From IMG/VR virus record IMGVR_UViG_3300044699_000015, positions 1 to 55,557 of that record: DNA of 55,557 nt; one strand, written 5' to 3'. Shown piece by piece: positions 31,185 through 40,708 of this stretch (position 1 is its first letter; each line of letters opens with the position of its first letter). Source of the stretch: a virus (taxonomy: Duplodnaviria > Caudoviricetes). The notes beneath the pieces were generated by a model, which was given only the letters and a program-made list of their open reading frames with translations, did no database searches and was not told the origin of the DNA. Both the position numbers and the translations under genes were made by a program.

Positions 31185-31739
31185 TTAATATCCAAGAATT
31201 TGTTTTCGCTTGGCAAGAGAGGCTTCAACTTCTGAAAAGTAAACATTCGTTTCCGAAAGAATGACTTCTGTAACCTCGCGGGTTTTTTCTTGCAGAATCA
31301 TTTTATTGCCATTCTTTTTATACCACTCATAAGCATCCCACTTTCCTGTGATTGCCCTTCCAGCGCCCCACCAATCTGCCACCATTTCTTTTACATACTT
31401 AACCGGCATTTGCATTGGCTTATGCTTTGGCTCATCAGAATCGTTGGTAAGAAGCCAATATTGCCAATGATGTTTATTCGATTTTTGATGATGATTCCAA
31501 GCGTGGTCAAAGGCAGCATCTATTGGCCCTTGAATTAGCCAATATCTAAAATCGTCTGGCTCGTTTTTGTGACTTTTCTCATAGAATTTGTCAACGTAAG
31601 CGAACCATTCGCAAGGAAGAAATTTAGTCCAATCATGGATTATGGCCCTCCAAAACGAAACGCCACATTTTCTGCACGCAAGAAATACAAACCATTTGTG
31701 CAAAATCACATATCTGAGATAGAGGAAATGCTTCTTCAT
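31185..31739 (-). CDS. DUF5662-family (HD-like) protein
   Basis: HKWFV...HDWTKF...AWNHHQKSNKHHWQYW...MP.KYVKEMVADW. Confidence 0.8.
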   Translation of the reverse strand: MKKHFLYLRYVILHKWFVFLACRKCGVSFWRAIIHDWTKFLPCEWFAYVDKFYEKSHKNEPDDFRYWLIQGPIDAAFDHAWNHHQKSNKHHWQYWLLTNDSDEPKHKPMQMPVKYVKEMVADWWGAGRAITGKWDAYEWYKKNGNKMILQEKTREVTEVILSETNVYFSEVEASLAKRKQILGY

Positions 31740-32986
31740 GCGACAACGCTTTCACGCAAATCTTCAAAGAACCCTTTTTCTTTCTTCTCAGTCGGAGCCT
31801 TTTTGGTGCGAATCTTTCCCGGTGTGCTGCCATTGGCATCTTCCACAGATGCTTTCAATTCTTCCAACTCGGCCTTGAGTGTGTCAATCTGTCGAACCAA
31901 CATGGGATGAGCGGCAGCACGCAGCCGGATAGCAGCATCCAAAGCAATCCTTTCCTCTGGCTTGAGTTTATCGCGGCCAAAGTAGGCTTTATCCACCAGC
32001 GCCATACTTTCATCGAATATAGCTTTGCTATCGGCATCCTTGGGGTCTGGTGAATACAGTTCCGGTGATTCATCCTGCAAATCCTTGGTAATCGCCGCAA
32101 ACGCTTTTGTGGAGCGTTCCAATTGTTCCTCACGTTGCTTCTGTTCGGTATGCTCCTTTTGGATGCGCTCAGCCTCCGCTTGCTTGGTGCGCTCGCCTGC
32201 ATTTTTGTGATAATCCTGCAAGGCGCTATCACGCTGGCGTTTCAATTCATGCAGCTTTTCATACTGCCGCATGACTCCACCAGCACGAGCGCCGAACATC
32301 AATTCTGCTTGTTCCTCTGCTTTGGCGGGTGGCAAACTGAATATCAAAGCAAAGTCGTTGTCCCAAGTAGCCTTGCGTTGCGTGCCGTTGTCATCAACCA
32401 TCAAACCCTCAATCAAACTCTTGGCATATTCCGCCGCCGTGTTGAAAGGCTTTTCGTGCTTCTCTACAAATTCAGGATTTTTCTCATAGCGATAAGTCCC
32501 CACTTCCGCCTCCAATTCCTGAATGCGCTTATCCTTGGCGGTCAATTGTTCAGATAATACCTTGGCATCCCCATTTCCGTTAGCGCCTTCGCGCAGTTTG
32601 GTAATCTCTGCCTCCAATTCCTTACGCTTAGAAAGATTGTAATTAACAACCTTTCTCATGTGCTTCATTGAAGCCGTTTCAACCTTGTTTTTGTCCTCTG
32701 GAGGCAAAACAAGTTCATCAATATCAATTTTATCAGTGGGTTTCTCAGGAGCCTTTTCAATGGGCTTATCCGGTTGTTTTTCCAGAGGTTTATCAGTCGG
32801 TTCCTTCGCGTCTTTTAGGTCTGGTTTGTCCGGTTGTTTAACCACTCGCGCTTTGGCATCTACCGAGGCGAAAGGGCTTTTAGATGGCTTCGGCTCCGGT
32901 GCAGGAGCGGGAGCAACCGCCGCTGCGATTGGTGGAGTTGTAGAAGTCGGAGCCGAAGGTGTGAGGGTGGAAATGGTTTCTGGCAT
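31736..32986 (-). CDS. putative capsid scaffolding protein
   Basis: P/K/D-rich disordered N-terminus with PDKP-type repeats, long coiled coil. Confidence 0.5.
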   Translation of the reverse strand: MPETISTLTPSAPTSTTPPIAAAVAPAPAPEPKPSKSPFASVDAKARVVKQPDKPDLKDAKEPTDKPLEKQPDKPIEKAPEKPTDKIDIDELVLPPEDKNKVETASMKHMRKVVNYNLSKRKELEAEITKLREGANGNGDAKVLSEQLTAKDKRIQELEAEVGTYRYEKNPEFVEKHEKPFNTAAEYAKSLIEGLMVDDNGTQRKATWDNDFALIFSLPPAKAEEQAELMFGARAGGVMRQYEKLHELKRQRDSALQDYHKNAGERTKQAEAERIQKEHTEQKQREEQLERSTKAFAAITKDLQDESPELYSPDPKDADSKAIFDESMALVDKAYFGRDKLKPEERIALDAAIRLRAAAHPMLVRQIDTLKAELEELKASVEDANGSTPGKIRTKKAPTEKKEKGFFEDLRESVVA

Positions 32987-32989
32987 AAA

Positions 32990-33235
32990 TTATGCGGGTT
33001 CGTAAGTTTGTTGAAATATGTCTGGTTTACATGGATAACATTCGCCCTTAACGCCTTTGATAATCCAATCCCCCACATTGGCGGTCATTACGCCCTCCAA
33101 AGTAGTAATGCCTAATTTTCCATCACCTAGGTGGTGTATCGCCCTGCTATTCCCAATCAGAAGCCTTACCATATTGAAATTTTCAGGAGTGTTAATTTCG
33201 GCATCTATAACTACTGGTTTCTTTCTGAATTTCAT
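32990..33235 (-). CDS. conserved phage protein (PGDYG-like)
   Basis: KFRKKPVVIDA...TLEGVM.A.VGDWIIKGVKGECYPCKPDIF..TY. Confidence 0.8.
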   Translation of the reverse strand: MKFRKKPVVIDAEINTPENFNMVRLLIGNSRAIHHLGDGKLGITTLEGVMTANVGDWIIKGVKGECYPCKPDIFQQTYEPA

Positions 33236-33477
33236 TCCCAAGTTTCTCCATTTGCAATCAACTCATCCGTCTTAAATGCGTCTGGGTGTTTTCTGGCGTG
33301 CTTGCAGCATAATGGCATCCACCCACTATTCATAGCTGGATATGCAGCTACGGTTGGTTCTCCACAAAAAACAATAGGATTGGTTTTTACAACGGTTTCG
33401 CAAGTGGGATTTATTGGTGCATTCTTCCAATCATCGGACTTTATTGATTTCCACTTTTTGTATGTGAGACTCATCAC
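33232..33477 (-). CDS. hypothetical protein
   Basis: ATGA-coupled, Cys-containing. Confidence 0.55.
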   Translation of the reverse strand: MMSLTYKKWKSIKSDDWKNAPINPTCETVVKTNPIVFCGEPTVAAYPAMNSGWMPLCCKHARKHPDAFKTDELIANGETWE

Positions 33478-33761
33478 TTCTTTTCCTTTTTAGCGTTGTG
33501 TTTGTGCAGAATGGGAACAGCGGTCAAATCGTGCGTGATTAGCGGCGAGGGAATAGGCGCGATGTCCTCACCTTTATCCGGCATGTTCAAAAGGATGCGC
33601 TCAAACATATTCGCGCCTTGCATCTGCGCTTCCGTTGGCCCCCATGACGCAAATTCAGCCTTGGTATGAATCAGCAAGGTCTGGAATAAATCGCTCTTGG
33701 TGATTGCCAAAGTCGCCTTTACTCGCTCGGCATCACGGAGGAATTCTGATTTTGCGCTCAT
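33474..33761 (-). CDS. hypothetical protein
   Basis: MSAKSEFLRD..., 95 aa. Confidence 0.6.
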   Translation of the reverse strand: MSAKSEFLRDAERVKATLAITKSDLFQTLLIHTKAEFASWGPTEAQMQGANMFERILLNMPDKGEDIAPIPSPLITHDLTAVPILHKHNAKKEKK

Positions 33762-33890
33762 TACTTTGATTAAGCCAGAATGATTAAAGTTGTCAAGGCA
33801 ACAATAGGGCAAGGATGTTTCCCAACCACACACCAACAAGTTCAATTGGAAGCATCAGCAGACACAATAAAATATACAGCTTCCAAGTTT

Positions 33891-34457
33891 TCATCTCGGC
33901 CTCCCATCGTGACAATAAGTGATTCCCTGCAACTGTCTCACTTTCCAACCTCGTTTTAGCACAACATCCAGCCAAGTTTGGTCAACGGGGCTTGGCGTTG
34001 GTTTGATTGACTTGGCTAGTTCCATTGGAACAAACAGACCCACAGGCCCACCTTCCGGGCCATTGTTGTAAATGCTTGGGCCAAGCTGATAGAACTGAGC
34101 ATTAGCCGCGCAATCCATCGGCATCCTTTCCATTTGTTCCAGCCATGTGTTGCCTATCACCCAAGAATCGTCATCGAATAGCCATGCCCATTTGCCTTGC
34201 GCGATGTCCAGCAAATCATCTGCGAATCTACCCATATCCATGTAGCCCGCACCACGCGGGCCAATGACGGTTTTAACGCCATACCCAGCTTTCAAATCTG
34301 GAATGTCTATTATTCTTCGACTGTCATCGTCATCAATGCGTAGCAGGATTTCCACTTTGGAATTATCGCTGCAAGTGTCACGGATGGATTTTAGGGCTTT
34401 GATTAAGCCTTCCAATGGCCCGCGAGTGGGCATTATTACGCTGATAAGTGGTGTCAT
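33891..34457 (-). CDS. glycosyltransferase family 2
   Basis: ISVIMPTRG...EILLRIDDDD...AQGKWAWLFDDD. Confidence 0.85.
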   Translation of the reverse strand: MTPLISVIMPTRGPLEGLIKALKSIRDTCSDNSKVEILLRIDDDDSRRIIDIPDLKAGYGVKTVIGPRGAGYMDMGRFADDLLDIAQGKWAWLFDDDSWVIGNTWLEQMERMPMDCAANAQFYQLGPSIYNNGPEGGPVGLFVPMELAKSIKPTPSPVDQTWLDVVLKRGWKVRQLQGITYCHDGRPR

Positions 34458-35176
34458 ATAAGGTGTAAATCTGTGTTCGGGTGTTGGTCTGACATGACAG
34501 GATAGTTAGCCTCTACAAAATCGCCGCAGTAGGTGTTAGGTTTTCCACCCTCCAATCCTTTAATAACCGGCGCGAATGTTATGCCTTTGCTAAGTGAAGC
34601 GGCCCACCACGCGAAAGTTGAATTTGAACGGAATAATACCGGCGCGTGCATCAGGCGATAGAACGATGGCACAGAAACCCAAGTTGTGCCTAATCCTGCC
34701 GCAATCGCATCGCCATCAAATCCAGCTAGTCGCGTAGGGTTTGTGTCAGTCTCCCAACCAAAATCATTTGCATCAAATCCAGCGCGGGTAGCAGCGTCAA
34801 TGTAGGATTGTCGAGAGAGCGACACCATGCCTGAATCAATGTAATCCTTACCTTCGCGCACGTTTAGCAACACCTTGGGAATGTTCTTTTTCAACACTTG
34901 TAATCGTTCTTCGATTTCAGGTCTGAACGTGAACCACTCGCGTACTTGCTTGAGACTATAAATAATTGATTCCTGATTTTGATAGGTGGACTCTGGAAGT
35001 TTTATGTCGGGATTGTCAGTTCTGACTGCGTTAGGAATGTTGAATATCTTTTCACCAATCCACGGCGGAATTGCTAAGTCGTAGCCATCGCGTTCGCACA
35101 TGGCACGCGCTGTCGCATACTGGAATAAAATGTTACCAAGCCTGCCGGTTAACATTACTGATAAAGTGGGCATCAA
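34454..35176 (-). CDS. alpha-1,2-fucosyltransferase-like (GT11)
   Basis: GRLGNILFQYA; NVREGKDY (HVRRGDY-like); SNSTFAWWAA. Confidence 0.8.
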   Translation of the reverse strand: MMPTLSVMLTGRLGNILFQYATARAMCERDGYDLAIPPWIGEKIFNIPNAVRTDNPDIKLPESTYQNQESIIYSLKQVREWFTFRPEIEERLQVLKKNIPKVLLNVREGKDYIDSGMVSLSRQSYIDAATRAGFDANDFGWETDTNPTRLAGFDGDAIAAGLGTTWVSVPSFYRLMHAPVLFRSNSTFAWWAASLSKGITFAPVIKGLEGGKPNTYCGDFVEANYPVMSDQHPNTDLHLI

Positions 35177-36102
35177 ATTCCTTTTATTTCTGTTCCATCA
35201 TACCAATCGTGGGTTGGCCATGTCGGAATGGGCCAAGGTTTTCCACCGAGAATATCGCTTCTCAATTGTCTAATATCGAAAGGGTGTGCGGCGCGTTTTA
35301 AGCCTCTTAATTTAGCCAGCAAAGCATGAGTCTTGTCGTTTGGAGACACGCCCTTATCTTCGCGCTTCATTACATAGCCCAATTCGGAAGGCGTTCTGTC
35401 CTCCACAATCTTTATGCGCTTGTCATACATGATGGGATAGCCGTTATTCTGCATCATCAATCCGAATATGCAATCCTCCATTGAACACCCGTCGCAAGTT
35501 TCGTCCCAAGAATTGATATTCAAAACCCACTCCAAGGGTGCTCCCAAACAGGCTCCAAAAGTCCACTCGCCGGGGGCCTTAAATGGCTCTGGCTTCTTCC
35601 AGAATTTGTCCACATATTCCTCTCGTGAATCTTTTCCTATCACGATTCCCCCATGCGTGATAACCCCATCGGTGACTATCATTCCGGTTCTTTTTTCATA
35701 AGCGCCAGCAACTATGTATCTTTCTTTTATGGCCTGTCGAACTGGTTCCATCCAACCGGGAAATAATACACACCTATCATCCAAAAACATGATGTAATCT
35801 GTTTCACAGAGACAGACGGCGGTTGAACGAGCGGAGGACATGGCCCACCAATCTTGCGAAGTAACACGATGTTTTCCTTGCCAAACAGTCGGTTTAGGTT
35901 CAGTCCAAATCCATTTTATACCCAAATCATTCAGCTTAAATTTAACGCCGGTTCTGCCGCCAATTTCCGGCTTGTCGGCATAAAAATCGGTAACGATTAT
36001 ACGAACATCTTCGCCTTTGTTTAATTGTGGACGCAAGGAGTCAACAAACCAATCAAGACACGGGCGCTCTCTAGCCGTTGTGTATGCAATCGTGAGACTC
36101 AT
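35173..36102 (-). CDS. GT-A fold (GT2-like) glycosyltransferase
   Basis: SARSTAVCLCETDYIMFLDD; INSWDE...MEDC. Confidence 0.75.
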   Translation of the reverse strand: MSLTIAYTTARERPCLDWFVDSLRPQLNKGEDVRIIVTDFYADKPEIGGRTGVKFKLNDLGIKWIWTEPKPTVWQGKHRVTSQDWWAMSSARSTAVCLCETDYIMFLDDRCVLFPGWMEPVRQAIKERYIVAGAYEKRTGMIVTDGVITHGGIVIGKDSREEYVDKFWKKPEPFKAPGEWTFGACLGAPLEWVLNINSWDETCDGCSMEDCIFGLMMQNNGYPIMYDKRIKIVEDRTPSELGYVMKREDKGVSPNDKTHALLAKLRGLKRAAHPFDIRQLRSDILGGKPWPIPTWPTHDWYDGTEIKGI

Positions 36103-36701
36103 TATCTTATCCTTTGGTAAACCGCGCCTGTTCCGAGTGGGTAGAGATGGACAAAACCAAGTTCGCGTAATCGCGCTTCTGATTGAAGCACAAACCCGCC
36201 CGTCCAGTTCAGGTCATCGAGTATGCAGTAGCCTCCAACTCTGATTTTGGAAGCATATCGGTTCACATCACGAATTGCTTGGTCTGTGTGCTGGCCATCC
36301 AGTGACGCGATGTCCAAATTATCAGGAGGATAGAAATTATCCGACTTCACACGATGCACTTTAACAATGTTTTGCGTTCCGGTTTCCACAACCTTATCCA
36401 TGAACTTTTTGTAAACAGCATCGTGATTTATTGTTCCCCAAAAATGAGCATTAACAGGGTCATAGCCTTCGATTGAAGCAGCAGAACTCCATGGGTCAAC
36501 GGCAACAGCTTGACCGATGCCGTTGTGTTTTTGAGCCATTGCCATAGGCAAGAAACTGGCCCCACCGAAAACACCAACCTCCAACACGAGCTTGGGGCGA
36601 ATGGCGACGACTAGCGCAGCCATAGATAAACATTTTTCAATAGGAGCCCACCCATCCCATGTTGGCCGCATTTCTTCGATTTGTTGAAAGAGTTTAATCA
36701 T
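36102..36701 (-). CDS. class I SAM-dependent methyltransferase (Methyltransf_24-like)
   Basis: LVLEVGVFGGAS, AVDPW, LDGQHT, GGYCILDD. Confidence 0.85.
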   Translation of the reverse strand: MIKLFQQIEEMRPTWDGWAPIEKCLSMAALVVAIRPKLVLEVGVFGGASFLPMAMAQKHNGIGQAVAVDPWSSAASIEGYDPVNAHFWGTINHDAVYKKFMDKVVETGTQNIVKVHRVKSDNFYPPDNLDIASLDGQHTDQAIRDVNRYASKIRVGGYCILDDLNWTGGFVLQSEARLRELGFVHLYPLGTGAVYQRIR

Positions 36702-37576
36702 GTAAGAAACGGCAGTTTTTTCATTCTGAATCCGCATGCACCACGATGACCGCCGCCACCATACTTCACGGCAATCTTTGAAAGGTCGTGATGCTCTTTT
36801 CCGGGTGCGTGATAAAGCGAAACACTCCAATCTTTACCAGTCCATTTGAAACCGAAACAGGCATCATGCTCTGGGGTTAATCCTGCCGTGAACAAAAAGG
36901 AATTGTATCGTGCATGATTGCACGCCTTGAACTTCAAACCCTCCCACTCCAAATCAAAACCGATGTCTTTGATTATTGATTCATTCTGTTTGGTTTGAGA
37001 ATATTGCAGGCACCTGCCCTGTTCTAGTAATTTTACTACGAACTCTTGTGCGTAAAATCCCTCTGATAGTAAAACTAACCATTCTGTTTCATTTATATCC
37101 TGACTGCGTAATCCGTGTTGAAACAATTCGGCATTGGAATCTCGCTTGTCCCAAATGTCATATTCACCAGCCAAGCGAACAGCTAAAGGCTCCGGTAAAG
37201 AGCGGTCAATAAACATTTGTTTATCTGGCCTCTCCCAATATGGGTTAGAATCTCCTGTTTCTGGAACAAGATGTGCGAACCAAATCCATGCAAGGCGGCA
37301 AGCTGCCACTCCGTCAATTCTCCAACCGTCAATGGTTCCGGGGTATTTATCAATCGCGCTCTTGTGATGGTCAATCCACACCAGACCCGGAAAACCCATC
37401 AATCCATCAATGCTTATATCCAGCATGTAAAGCTTTGTTCCTTTTTCTATGGCCGGAACTTGTTGCCCATAATCCCATCCAATAAGTTTCGCATCTGGTA
37501 GGAATTTCTTGGCAATCTCTCGACAGAAAATGCCGTCAAAGTCTGCCGAGTGGTGAATTACAGTTGTTTTGTTCAT
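36698..37576 (-). CDS. DHH-family phosphoesterase
   Basis: HSADFDG, WIDHHKSA, YDIW, YGGGGHRGACGF. Confidence 0.9.
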   Translation of the reverse strand: MNKTTVIHHSADFDGIFCREIAKKFLPDAKLIGWDYGQQVPAIEKGTKLYMLDISIDGLMGFPGLVWIDHHKSAIDKYPGTIDGWRIDGVAACRLAWIWFAHLVPETGDSNPYWERPDKQMFIDRSLPEPLAVRLAGEYDIWDKRDSNAELFQHGLRSQDINETEWLVLLSEGFYAQEFVVKLLEQGRCLQYSQTKQNESIIKDIGFDLEWEGLKFKACNHARYNSFLFTAGLTPEHDACFGFKWTGKDWSVSLYHAPGKEHHDLSKIAVKYGGGGHRGACGFRMKKLPFLT

Positions 37577-38031
37577 AGGTTTTCTAATGGTATTTTCACA
37601 ATCGCACACTGACCGTCGTTGATTCCCACAGAGACCAAAATATTTCCGTTGCTCTCAATCGCGCCACCGGGGAAAGCCACATTCTTTTTGTATTGCAGAC
37701 AATTATTCCTGTCCATCGGGTCTAGTGTGTCCAACTCGCTGCCAGCAAAGAGTGGCTCCTTGCACATTTCAAGAATTTCAAATGGTGGCTCTTTTTTCAT
37801 TACTAACCACCCGACGTAGTATCGATGGCGAGGATTTGAAAATTCCCCATCTCGCCTTGAGTGGAAAATACGCAACAGATTTCCCTTCCATGGAATTACA
37901 ACCCCACCTCTTATTGCTCCAAATTCCCAAGTGGGAGCCTTGGTTTTTATCTCTCTTACCATGTTATCGCCCTCAAGTTCCAAAACAACTTGATTGTCTC
38001 CAACAATTCCATAAACACAGTAGAGTTTCAT
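37573..38031 (-). CDS. C-terminal half of GH130/GH43-like beta-propeller (split gene)
   Basis: KLYCVY...IRGG...FHS...YYVG...PPF...VAFPGG...VSVGIND. Confidence 0.7.
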   Translation of the reverse strand: MKLYCVYGIVGDNQVVLELEGDNMVREIKTKAPTWEFGAIRGGVVIPWKGNLLRIFHSRRDGEFSNPRHRYYVGWLVMKKEPPFEILEMCKEPLFAGSELDTLDPMDRNNCLQYKKNVAFPGGAIESNGNILVSVGINDGQCAIVKIPLENL

Positions 38032-38492
38032 GGTATGATGTTCAATCTTCCAAATTCACCGTGGTATTTTAAAGATGCTGCATTGTAAGCCAATGTGGCT
38101 TCCAAGGCAGTTTCAAATCCTCCAAGGAAAATAGCTCTTTTGTCCGACATTATTCTTGCTTCGTATCTTCCATTTTTAACCCTAACCCCCTTAATTCCCA
38201 GCCTATTATTCACGGGAACTTTTCGGTTTCTCATGTTTTGGCTACGAGAACACAATCGGATGTTATCCCTTCGATTGTCCAATGTGTTTCCGTCCTTATG
38301 GTCAACCCATTGATTGCTTTTGGCATTTAAGATTTGACGGTGCATGAGAATTGTTTTTCCATTTTCTACACGGGATGCGTAATAGGTTTTAGTTTCTCCC
38401 CAATGAGCAGACCACTTCCATTGAGATAAAAGGTCATAATCTTGGTCATCAACTATTGTGACCATGCCGTGAGTTAATGGGATTGTTTTCAT
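38028..38492 (-). CDS. HNH endonuclease with AP2 domain
   Basis: MKTIPLTHG..TIVDD.DY; MHRQI; VDHKDGNTLDNRRDNIR; YNAASLKYHGEFGRLN. Confidence 0.9.
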   Translation of the reverse strand: MKTIPLTHGMVTIVDDQDYDLLSQWKWSAHWGETKTYYASRVENGKTILMHRQILNAKSNQWVDHKDGNTLDNRRDNIRLCSRSQNMRNRKVPVNNRLGIKGVRVKNGRYEARIMSDKRAIFLGGFETALEATLAYNAASLKYHGEFGRLNIIP

Positions 38493-40357
38493 ACAGAGAA
38501 GAAGCACCAGTTTTTTTCGGATGATGTGAAGTCGTTCCCGCCATACTTGGGCTGTTTCACATTGATTAAAGTCCAGCGGCCTCGAATGTTTGTCAGTTGC
38601 CCATATTTCACCACGCAAACGTATTCGTTCGGAAGGCGTGACTCGGTGTAAGAGCAATACAAATCGTTGCCATGATGGAATAATCGCCCGTCCTCTGTGC
38701 TATACATCAAATCGCCTTCCAGCCATTGATTATTCAGCACATTGAATTGTTCATCCAATTCTGCAATGGCGAGTTGGGTTGTGAGATTGCCGGTGCGGTG
38801 GCTGCGATACATCATTAGGAGCCTGCCATCGTGACGGATAATGGAGGGGTTATAACCGTATGCGTAAACAGCCTTGGCATTGATAATCGAACAATCCACT
38901 TGGTCAACGACTGACGGTTTCGCCGTGGACAATCCAATCTTCTTGGCAAACTCCACCAACAATTCTTCGTTGTATTTGCGATAGGGCGATGGCTTGTATT
39001 CAACCGGCGCAGAATCTTCGCGTTTGCACACTCCCCATTCAGCATCCTTACCCATGAACGCGGCTAGACCCTGACACCAGTTTTGTTCGCTGCCCATCAC
39101 AAAGTCCGGTATCAACTCCACATTGTTATCCCACCATTCGCGGGTGAACATAAAAGCATCAATCTGCGAACGCTTTTCACCGTTGATATAGCGATGGCTA
39201 TACGCTGGCATGGGGCGTTGTTCGAGTTCTGAACCCGTTGGGAATATATCAGGCCGAGTCAGCATAATTACATCCTTGGCATCTGCCTTGAGCGTAGCCA
39301 ACCTCACAGCATCTTTCAGGAATGGATAACGATAGATTTCATCCGGCCATTTCACCTTGGTATCCCTGCCGAACGAACCTATCTCCATTGGCGACGATAC
39401 CCACGCGCCTAAGTCATAGCTCTTTTGCCATTCTTTCTTTGCCCGCTGATGCCTCTCCTTATTGGCCTCGGTGATTTCGTATTGCGACCAGACGTGGACA
39501 ACTTTAGGGCTTGAAATACCCTTGGCGAAAAAGGAGCCAGCTTTTCCAATGTTCCCGATTGCCCCCAAAATTTCCACGGCGCGATTGGGAAAGTCACCAT
39601 AACGAACATGCGCGATGTATTGCGGCCTATTCGGGCTTCCGTGCCAAAGTGAGGGTTGGTCTTGTGTGAGCGCAACAACCGGAAGCGCAGGACAAGCGTA
39701 GGCGAGTTGCAAGGTGGCCGTATCGCAGGAGACAAGACATTTTGTGTTGGGATGCTCATAGATGCCTAACAAATCGTAAAAACGGTCTGCGCGGATTTTG
39801 GATATGTCCACGATTTCATACCAGCGTCCAAACCGGAGCCGCAACATTTCCATCAGGACATTGCCCCACGGAAACGGGCTGGTAACGCCTCCAAGGTTGC
39901 ACAGAATCCACCCTTTCTTACCGGATGGCATTTTCTTTAACAGTTCTGATTCACGAACGGGTTGGCGATTGTCGAACACCAAAGGATATTGATTCTTCCA
40001 TTCAGCCAACCGGCCTAACAATCGCCATTGCTCTTTAGCGAATGATTCACAGTATTGCGCGTTTATGTCGATGCCGGATTTAACGTAGGCTTCGCGCAGG
40101 ACCGTTTCTCTGTCACCACACACTTGAGCGATTTTGTAGCCCTCATCAATCGTCTTGGCGAAATCCACAGCACGCGATAGTTCCATGAAGTTACCGTTGA
40201 ATACGATTGGGTCTAGATAACTTACGCCGTCCAGCAAGGAGGCATAGTCATGGGAGACGATTAGCTTCCAGCGATTACCACGCTCATTGTCGAAGCGGGC
40301 GAGAGGGAGAAGGTTGATTACGTCGCCCAATTTTCCGAGTGCTAAAATCGTGGGCAT
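38489..40357 (-). CDS. multidomain GT9-like glycosyltransferase plus N-terminal half of glycosidase-like propeller
   Basis: GKLGDVINLLP; LVSCDTATLQLA; YNPSI; EDGRLF; ends EKNWCFFSV. Confidence 0.7.
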   Translation of the reverse strand: MPTILALGKLGDVINLLPLARFDNERGNRWKLIVSHDYASLLDGVSYLDPIVFNGNFMELSRAVDFAKTIDEGYKIAQVCGDRETVLREAYVKSGIDINAQYCESFAKEQWRLLGRLAEWKNQYPLVFDNRQPVRESELLKKMPSGKKGWILCNLGGVTSPFPWGNVLMEMLRLRFGRWYEIVDISKIRADRFYDLLGIYEHPNTKCLVSCDTATLQLAYACPALPVVALTQDQPSLWHGSPNRPQYIAHVRYGDFPNRAVEILGAIGNIGKAGSFFAKGISSPKVVHVWSQYEITEANKERHQRAKKEWQKSYDLGAWVSSPMEIGSFGRDTKVKWPDEIYRYPFLKDAVRLATLKADAKDVIMLTRPDIFPTGSELEQRPMPAYSHRYINGEKRSQIDAFMFTREWWDNNVELIPDFVMGSEQNWCQGLAAFMGKDAEWGVCKREDSAPVEYKPSPYRKYNEELLVEFAKKIGLSTAKPSVVDQVDCSIINAKAVYAYGYNPSIIRHDGRLLMMYRSHRTGNLTTQLAIAELDEQFNVLNNQWLEGDLMYSTEDGRLFHHGNDLYCSYTESRLPNEYVCVVKYGQLTNIRGRWTLINVKQPKYGGNDFTSSEKNWCFFSV

Positions 40358-40358
40358 G

Positions 40359-40514
40359 TTATTTATGATGCGCCATTGCCCAACCAAGCAAGATTACAAA
40401 TGTCAGAATCATGCAACACGCCAGACCGCCACCGTCTTTGACTTTGACGGAATAAACCGTTGAACAAATCCAAATCACTGAGAGGAATAAAATCAATAGC
40501 TCTTTATCACTCAT
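40359..40514 (-). CDS. small two-TM membrane protein
   Basis: Manual translation MSDKELLILFLSVIWICSTVYSV...LACCMILTFVILLGWAMAHHK; ATGA-coupled. Confidence 0.55.
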   Translation of the reverse strand: MSDKELLILFLSVIWICSTVYSVKVKDGGGLACCMILTFVILLGWAMAHHK

Positions 40515-40708
40515 TGACCAGCCTTTCCGTTAATCTTTTCTAGGAGGCATTTTTTGCAAGTCTTATGAGGTTCATTGTCCTGATACAAATAACTGTGCAA
40601 AGTTTTAATTGGAATATCCAAGATGTCAGCGGCTTCCTTGTGGCTCAACTTGGTGTTGTCCAGCCATGTTAGCAACGATGTTTTGAAGGAGATTTCAGGC
40701 AGGGGCAT
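40511..40708 (-). CDS. XRE-like HTH regulator
   Basis: LSHKEAADILDIPIKTLHSY. Confidence 0.7.
   Translation of the reverse strand: MPLPEISFKTSLLTWLDNTKLSHKEAADILDIPIKTLHSYLYQDNEPHKTCKKCLLEKINGKAGQ

Noticed and set aside
38028-38492. Group I intron or intein
   Set aside because: The insert is wholly ORF with stop/start overlaps; no space for a ribozyme core and no intein terminal residues.
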